A stretch of 64,000 bases of DNA from Verrucomicrobiota bacterium (GTDB taxonomy: Bacteria > Verrucomicrobiota > Verrucomicrobiia > Opitutales > Coraliomargaritaceae), in NCBI GenBank assembly GCA_039815375.1, contig JBCBZJ010000005.1, positions 1 through 64,000 of the forward strand, given 5' to 3'. Numbering within the stretch: the first letter of the stretch is position 1; every line of letters begins with the position of its first letter. The translations under genes and the position numbers were made by a program. The notes under the pieces are model-generated. The model saw only the letters and a list, made by a program, of their open reading frames with translations. It did no database searches and was not told where the DNA came from. Below, piece after piece: positions 58,122 to 64,000 of the stretch.

Positions 58122-60269
58122 CTACAGAACGCCCAGACCTTCGAGGTAACGGCGGTTGATCTCGTAATTATTCGATTTCACAAAGATGTAGTCATCCATA
58201 CCAGCGGCTTTGAACGTCTCCTCGTTGTCTCCGGGAAAGCCAGCAAGGACGACCTGCATCTCAGGTATGGCGGTCTTGATCGCTCGAGCGAAGTCAGCAA
58301 ATTTCTCCGCATAGTCCGAGTCTGTGCCGCAGACCACGGTGATGCCTGATCCGGATTCCTTTAGAGCGGTTACAGCGTCTGCCGGCTCATCGAATCCAGG
58401 TGGCGAGATGAGCTCGAAGCCGCCTGCGGCAAAGAAACCTTTGGTGAAGTCAGCGCGTAGCTTGTGGCGACGGAGCGGCCCTAGATTGGTAAGAAATATT
58501 CTTGGTGCGCTGCCGGTTTTTTGGGCGAATTCCGCGGAAGCAGAACGGAGGTCTTCGTAGCCTGCGGCAAGGCGGATACTGGGAAGCGGTGTGATTGCTT
58601 CGGTCGGTGCAGCGTGGGCACGGATGGTGCGTGTGACCTCGCCGATCGTTGCGCCGTTTAGGATTGCTTCGACTAATGTATCGAAAGCGTTCGTGCGTGT
58701 TGACTCGAGGATTTTTCCGAGCGCAGACATGACTTTAGCATCGGTATCTTCGTCGGTCGCGGTCCGTGCTTCGGCGATTTCTTTGGCTCGGAGGTCGCGG
58801 AGCTCGGCGTAATCTGGGATAAGGCTTTCGAGTTGTTCTTCTTCGAGATTCGGGTAGACGTTGGTGCCAATCAGGCTCGTGCGGCGTTGATTGAGCTGCC
58901 TACTGTTAACGGCATTAGTCGCGGCGAGCTTTTCCGCGATAAAGCCAGAGGCCAGGGCATCGGTCATGCCGCCCTTGGCTTCGATTTCTTGGAAGAATGC
59001 CCAGGATTTCTCGCTGACTTCATTGGTCAACCACTCAATGGCCCAAGATCCACCGGCTGGATCGACCACGGAGGTGAGCTCACATTCTTCTTGTAGGATG
59101 ACTTGCGTGTTGCGGGAAATTCGGCGGCTGAATTCATCCGGAACGCGTGTGACTTCATCGAAATTACCGACACATAGACTATCAACACCACCGATCACGC
59201 CACTGAGCGCTTCTGTCGTGGTGCGCAGCATATTTACATAAGGGTCCCTTTGGGTTTTATTGTATAGACCAGTGCGGGCATGCATGTTGATCTTTTGGGC
59301 CTCAATGCTGCCTCCGAAGGCTGCTACGACTTGTGCCCAGAGCACGCGAGCGGCGCGAAGCTTGGCGATTTCAATGAAGAAGTTTCCACCGATCGCGAAG
59401 CTAAAGCGAACTTGTTTGGCTGCTAAGTCGACACTCAGGCCCCGTTCAGTCAGCTCCGTCAAATAGGCGACGCCGGTTGCCAGTGCGATACCTAGCTCCT
59501 CAACTGCAGAACCGCCTGCCTGGTGATACGGCAAGGTGGAGATGCCGACTGATTTTACACCGGGAGCATGTTTGGCACAATATTCAGCGAGAATAGCTTG
59601 TTCTTCAAATAGTGTGTCGAGATCTGCAGGCAACTGTCCGGCTGCTGCTTTTACAGCGAGCGGGTCCATGCCGAGGCTGCCTTTTAATCTGCCCGGATCC
59701 ATGCCCAGCTCCCTTAGCCAAGCAAAGACGAGAGCACCGACTGCCATGCCGGAGCATCCGGTGCGGATGTGGAAACTTATAGCCTCCGGGATGATACCCT
59801 TAAATGCGGTCCTGATGTCGTTGAGGCAGGCGAGCGAAAGACCGCAGGCTCCGACTTCGCCGGCGTTTGCTGCGTCGGGGTCGAGGCCTTTCAAGGTTGC
59901 GATATCCAACGCGACATTGAGCGAGTTTTGACCACGCATGAGGTCGGATGTTGCCGCGCGGTTAAATTCGAGCGGTGTGCCGTAGGGAAGCTCCTGGGCG
60001 ATTTCCCAAGGATCTTCACTGTAGCCGGCAGCGCTCGTGCCGCGAAGGTAGTTGTCGAAACCGGGCAGCGTCTCGGCTGCGGGTAAACGATCTAGAACGT
60101 CCTTCCAGAGCATTGGTTCCAAGAGGATGCCTTCCGGAGTTATGCGCTTCATGATCTTATCGAATGGAGCGCCTTTGAGGAGCTTTTCTGCAGCTTCCCG
60201 CCACTCCTCTTTCGTGGGTGCTTCAAACTCATCGAGGAGGGTCATGTTGTCGTCAGCTTGCTCTTTCAT
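58122..60269 (-). CDS. mutA: Methylmalonyl-CoA mutase, small (non-catalytic) subunit
   Basis: DPYVNMLRTTTE, RRISRNTQ, DPAGGSW; no DxHxxG. Confidence 0.92.
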   Translation of the reverse strand: MKEQADDNMTLLDEFEAPTKEEWREAAEKLLKGAPFDKIMKRITPEGILLEPMLWKDVLDRLPAAETLPGFDNYLRGTSAAGYSEDPWEIAQELPYGTPLEFNRAATSDLMRGQNSLNVALDIATLKGLDPDAANAGEVGACGLSLACLNDIRTAFKGIIPEAISFHIRTGCSGMAVGALVFAWLRELGMDPGRLKGSLGMDPLAVKAAAGQLPADLDTLFEEQAILAEYCAKHAPGVKSVGISTLPYHQAGGSAVEELGIALATGVAYLTELTERGLSVDLAAKQVRFSFAIGGNFFIEIAKLRAARVLWAQVVAAFGGSIEAQKINMHARTGLYNKTQRDPYVNMLRTTTEALSGVIGGVDSLCVGNFDEVTRVPDEFSRRISRNTQVILQEECELTSVVDPAGGSWAIEWLTNEVSEKSWAFFQEIEAKGGMTDALASGFIAEKLAATNAVNSRQLNQRRTSLIGTNVYPNLEEEQLESLIPDYAELRDLRAKEIAEARTATDEDTDAKVMSALGKILESTRTNAFDTLVEAILNGATIGEVTRTIRAHAAPTEAITPLPSIRLAAGYEDLRSASAEFAQKTGSAPRIFLTNLGPLRRHKLRADFTKGFFAAGGFELISPPGFDEPADAVTALKESGSGITVVCGTDSDYAEKFADFARAIKTAIPEMQVVLAGFPGDNEETFKAAGMDDYIFVKSNNYEINRRYLEGLGVL

Positions 60270-60397
60270 CTCGATTTTATTTTCTAATAGTTCGATGAGA
60301 TAGTATTAGAAATGTTTAGTCAATAAGTAAGTTTAATATAAAAATATATTGACGTAAGTTATTCTAATTATAGATTTCACTCTGAACCTGACAATTA

Positions 60398-60802
60398 ATG
60401 ATTACGAAAATTGACCACATCGGCATTGCCGTAAGCAAACTCGACGAGAGCGTTGAATACTATGAAAACGCCCTCGGGCTTCATTGCTACGGACGCGAGG
60501 ACGTTAGCTCGCAGAAAGTGAAAACTGCTTTCTTCAAAGCAGGTGATGCGCACATTGAACTGCTTGAGCCGACTTCTGAAGATAGCCCGATCGCTAAGTT
60601 TCTAGAAAAGAACGGCGAAGGGATTCATCACATAGCCTTCGCTGTCGACGACATCGATGGGCAGCTTAAGAAGGCATCGGATTTTGGAGTTCGTTTGATT
60701 CACGAAGTCCCGTTTGAAGGTGCAGCTGATAAGCTTGTCGCCTTTCTTCATCCGAAGTCGACTCACGGCGTGCTAACGGAATTTTGCATGAAGACGGACT
60801 GA
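60398..60802 (+). CDS. mce: Methylmalonyl-CoA epimerase
   Basis: IDHIGIAV, IELLEP, GIHHIAF, FLHPKS..GVLTE. Confidence 0.95.
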   Translation: MITKIDHIGIAVSKLDESVEYYENALGLHCYGREDVSSQKVKTAFFKAGDAHIELLEPTSEDSPIAKFLEKNGEGIHHIAFAVDDIDGQLKKASDFGVRLIHEVPFEGAADKLVAFLHPKSTHGVLTEFCMKTD

Positions 60803-60841
60803 GTTGGATGGTTAGAAAAAAATTTAAACGAGGAGATTGTA

Positions 60842-62392
60842 ATGGCAATTGATCCAAAATTACTTGAAGAGCTGCGGACGCGTCGCGAGACAGCACGTAA
60901 GGCCGGAGGCGAAGCGAAACTAGCAAAACGCCACGAGAAGGGAATGATGGACGCGCGGACGCGTTTGGAGTCGTTCTTTGAGCTCGGCACATTTCAGGAA
61001 TTTGGAATGCATGCTGAACATAGCTGCCATCGTTTCGGTATGGCGAAAAAAGACCTTCCCTACGATGGTGTGGTTTGTGGAACCGGTCTTGTGAATGGAC
61101 GTGCAGTCGCGGCTTACTCACAGGATTTTACTGTTAGTGGTGGGTCGCTTGGTCGGATTCACGCAAAAAAAATCTGCGACCTGATGGATTTTGCCCACGA
61201 GTCCGGCATGCCGGTTGTTGGTGTAAACGATTCCGGGGGTGCGCGTATTCAGGAGGGGGTTGATTCGCTAAGTGGTTATGGCCAGGTTTTCTTTAAGAAT
61301 GTCCTGCTCTCCGGAGTGGTTCCGCAGGTTGCTATTATTGCCGGACCCTGCGCGGGCGGTGCGGCTTATTCGCCGGCGCTGACGGACTTCCTCATTATGA
61401 CGCGCGACAACGCAAATATGTTTATTTGTGGTCCGGACGTGATAAAGGCCGCTACGGGTGAGAGCGCTAAGCTTGAGCAATTCGCCTCGGCTGCTGCACA
61501 TGCAAGTATCTCTGGAAATATTCACCTCGTGGCTGAAGACGATAAGCATGCCATGGAGCTCACTACAAAGCTGCTGTCTTTCCTGCCGAGTAACAATATC
61601 TCGGACCCACCTCACAAATTTCCAGACCTCGACTTATCTGATGACTTAAAGCTCAACGAAATCGTTCCAGCCAACGGTAAGGACGCTCTCGATACGATGG
61701 CGGTGATTGACCGGATAGTCGACAACGGAGATTTCTTCGAAATCATGCCCGATTTCGCGCGAAATATCATCGTGGGCTTTGCCCGTATCGAAGGTATTGT
61801 TGTGGGTCTTGTGGCGAACAATTCGATGGTCAAGGCCGGCACACTCGACATTGATAGCTCGGACAAGGCAGCTCGCTTCATCCGGACCTGCAATATTTAC
61901 AACATCCCAATTGTCTCGCTCGTCGACATTCCCGGCTTCATGCCGGGACTCGCGCAGGAGCAGGGCGGCATCATACGGCACGGAGCGAAAATGCTCTTTG
62001 CATATGCAGCTGCCACGGTGCCGAAGATTACTCTAATTATGCGTAAAGCCTATGGCGGTGCATATCTTGCGATGTGCTCGTCCGACCTCGGGGCAGACAT
62101 GGTTTTTGCCTGGCCGACCGCAGAGATTGCAGTGATGGGTGCTGAAGGCGCAGCCAAGATCCTTTTTCGTAAGGAGATTAGTGAGGCAGAGGACCCGAAG
62201 GCAAAAGCAGTTGAGCTTTGCGAAGGTTATCGTAGCGAGTTCTCTTCACCTTATCAGGCGGCGTCCAATGCCATGATTACCGATGTCATTGAGCCAGCAC
62301 AGTCGCGTGCAGCCGTTGCTCTGGCTCTTAGAAATACACTTAGCAAGCGCGACACCCGTCCGCCGAAAAAACACGGTAACATTCCTCTGTAA
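60842..62392 (+). CDS. mmdA: Acyl-CoA carboxyltransferase (methylmalonyl-CoA decarboxylase alpha)
   Basis: DSGGARIQEG, GPCAGGAAY, RKAYGGAY, KKHGNIPL; operon context. Confidence 0.9.
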   Translation: MAIDPKLLEELRTRRETARKAGGEAKLAKRHEKGMMDARTRLESFFELGTFQEFGMHAEHSCHRFGMAKKDLPYDGVVCGTGLVNGRAVAAYSQDFTVSGGSLGRIHAKKICDLMDFAHESGMPVVGVNDSGGARIQEGVDSLSGYGQVFFKNVLLSGVVPQVAIIAGPCAGGAAYSPALTDFLIMTRDNANMFICGPDVIKAATGESAKLEQFASAAAHASISGNIHLVAEDDKHAMELTTKLLSFLPSNNISDPPHKFPDLDLSDDLKLNEIVPANGKDALDTMAVIDRIVDNGDFFEIMPDFARNIIVGFARIEGIVVGLVANNSMVKAGTLDIDSSDKAARFIRTCNIYNIPIVSLVDIPGFMPGLAQEQGGIIRHGAKMLFAYAAATVPKITLIMRKAYGGAYLAMCSSDLGADMVFAWPTAEIAVMGAEGAAKILFRKEISEAEDPKAKAVELCEGYRSEFSSPYQAASNAMITDVIEPAQSRAAVALALRNTLSKRDTRPPKKHGNIPL

Positions 62393-62422
62393 ATCTGTGC
62401 GCGAACCGGAGACTAGGAACTC

Positions 62423-62851
62423 ATGACTGATTCAATAACAGTGGTTGCCCAAACAGGGTTTCAGGCTGCATCCGATCCGGCTGGTGTCGTTGTGGTTGGC
62501 TTTCTCTTTGTCGTTGTGGTGCTTGCTCTTTTGGCTGCTGTGACCTCTGCGATGGGATCCTGGTTTACCAAGCAGGCCGCTCGTGATCTGGCGAAGGCAG
62601 CCGAGGCCTCAAAACAAGCAGCTGAGGCTTCTACCAAAGCAACCGCATCGTTGGCCGTCGAGACATCCTCTGTAGCTCCGGCCAAGCCGTTGGTGAACAA
62701 GGAAGATCCTGCCCTTATGGCCGTGGTCGCCGCCGCCGTCCATGCGGTTTTTGAGGACACTCCTCACCGTGTTGTTTCCGTCCGTTCGGTAGGCTCGGGT
62801 TGGGCCCAGGAGGGACGTCGTCAAATCTTTTCCTCACATCGCGTGCGCTAA
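62423..62851 (+). CDS. mmdD: OadG/MmdD-like membrane anchor subunit
   Basis: Single TM, Ala-rich linker, AVVAAAV, WAQEGR. Confidence 0.8.
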   Translation: MTDSITVVAQTGFQAASDPAGVVVVGFLFVVVVLALLAAVTSAMGSWFTKQAARDLAKAAEASKQAAEASTKATASLAVETSSVAPAKPLVNKEDPALMAVVAAAVHAVFEDTPHRVVSVRSVGSGWAQEGRRQIFSSHRVR

Positions 62852-62881
62852 CTCTAAACAGAACTCTATTTTAAGAAAATC

Positions 62882-63274
62882 ATGAAACGCTTACGTATCA
62901 CTGTAGAAGGCAAAGCCTATGACGTCCAAGTCGAGCTTCTTGATGAAGACAATGCAGTGTCGGTCCCTGCGCCACGCCAAGCGGCCGCGACGCGCCTTGC
63001 TACTCCGGCTCCCGTTAAGGTTGCTGCGCCTTCAGCTAAAGCCTTGCCCGCCAATGTCGGCGAGGGTGTAGTGACAAGTCCGCTTGCTGCTGTGGTTGTC
63101 TCTATTGATGTGTCCGAGGGTGATGCTGTCGAGGAGGGTCAAAAAGTCATTACACTTGAAGCCATGAAGATGAATACGATCATCTCCTCACCAGCTGATG
63201 GAACGGTGAAGACGATCCTTGCAAGTGCGGGAGATGGTGTTGAAGAGGGGCAGGCTCTGATAGAGATCGCATAG
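62882..63274 (+). CDS. mmdC: Biotin carboxyl carrier subunit
   Basis: LEAMKM; N-terminal ITVEGKAYDV. Confidence 0.92.
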   Translation: MKRLRITVEGKAYDVQVELLDEDNAVSVPAPRQAAATRLATPAPVKVAAPSAKALPANVGEGVVTSPLAAVVVSIDVSEGDAVEEGQKVITLEAMKMNTIISSPADGTVKTILASAGDGVEEGQALIEIA

Positions 63275-63297
63275 TCAGGCCTTGTTCAAGGTGCGGC

Positions 63298-64000
63298 ATG
63301 TTTGAACTCCTACATCATCTCTACGACAACACGGGCTTCAGTCATATTGACTGGCAGATGCTACTGATGTGGTTGGTCGTCGCAGGCCTCCTTTATCTGG
63401 CGGTCTACCGGAAATTCGAACCACTGCTGTTGATACCTATCGCATTCGGTGCGCTTCTGGCGAATCTACCGACCGAAGGGATTGTGGAGGGGATGGAATT
63501 TGCAGGCCAACACGTGCCTTTCAAAGAGGATGGAACTGGGGGATTGTTCTACTACTTCTTCCAGGGCATTCATCTCGAGCTCTTCCCACCCATCATATTT
63601 TTAGGGGTGGGTGCATTGACTGATTTTGGCCCGTTGATCGCGAACCCAAAAACATTTCTACTTGGTGCGGCTGCCCAGTTTGGTGTCTTTGGCGTCTTTA
63701 TTGCCGCATTCTTAATGACTTTTGTCGGGATTGACTATAGTCTACAAGAAGCTGGCGCGATCAGTATTATTGGTGGGGCTGATGGACCTACTTCCATTTT
63801 TCTCGCAAACAAACTCGCCCCGCATCTCATCGGTGCGATTGCAGTCTCGGCCTACAGTTACATGGCCCTAGTTCCCGTCATTCAGCCACCGATTATGCGG
63901 GCCCTGACTACGGAAAAAGAACGCGAGATCAGGATGCAAAGTCTCCGTAAGGTTGGAAAGCTCGAGAAGCTCATCTTTGCCGTAGCCATTATGATGGTTT
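63298..64000 (+). CDS. mmdB: Na+-translocating decarboxylase beta subunit (partial)
   Basis: FEPLLLIPIAFG, GVGALTDFGPL, IIGGADGPT, AYSYMALVPVIQPP. Confidence 0.95.
   Translation, partial: MFELLHHLYDNTGFSHIDWQMLLMWLVVAGLLYLAVYRKFEPLLLIPIAFGALLANLPTEGIVEGMEFAGQHVPFKEDGTGGLFYYFFQGIHLELFPPIIFLGVGALTDFGPLIANPKTFLLGAAAQFGVFGVFIAAFLMTFVGIDYSLQEAGAISIIGGADGPTSIFLANKLAPHLIGAIAVSAYSYMALVPVIQPPIMRALTTEKEREIRMQSLRKVGKLEKLIFAVAIMMV

Overview
Bacterial chromosomal segment, most consistent with a Verrucomicrobiota (Opitutae-like) genome. This is inferred from three PEP-CTERM proteins and the gene repertoire, not from a marker search. Core content: asd, an OmpR-type two-component system, an MFS transporter, gyrB-gyrA, an Rrf2 regulator, a caa3-type cytochrome c oxidase cluster, ribB(X), pilT, argH, and a B12-dependent methylmalonyl-CoA mutase/epimerase plus Na+-translocating decarboxylase locus. 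The most unusual part is about 14.6-33.6 kb. (1) A GxxExxY PD-(D/E)XK-fold gene between gyrB and gyrA is bracketed exactly by 26-bp inverted repeats. The same repeat pair recurs as 'empty' ~82-bp hairpins between cargo genes 10-15 kb away. (2) Downstream of gyrA lies a stack of accessory modules (ImmA-like peptidase, tail-collar protein, membrane protein, AIPR, HEXXH protein, three toxin-antitoxin pairs). These are separated by extra copies of gene 3' ends (three gyrA tails, five copies or fragments of a small ORF, one further shared tail), with no integrase or transposase visible. The first ~1.16 kb is joined abruptly to a truncated PEP-CTERM gene and may be an assembly chimera. No rRNA, tRNA or CRISPR array was recognised.
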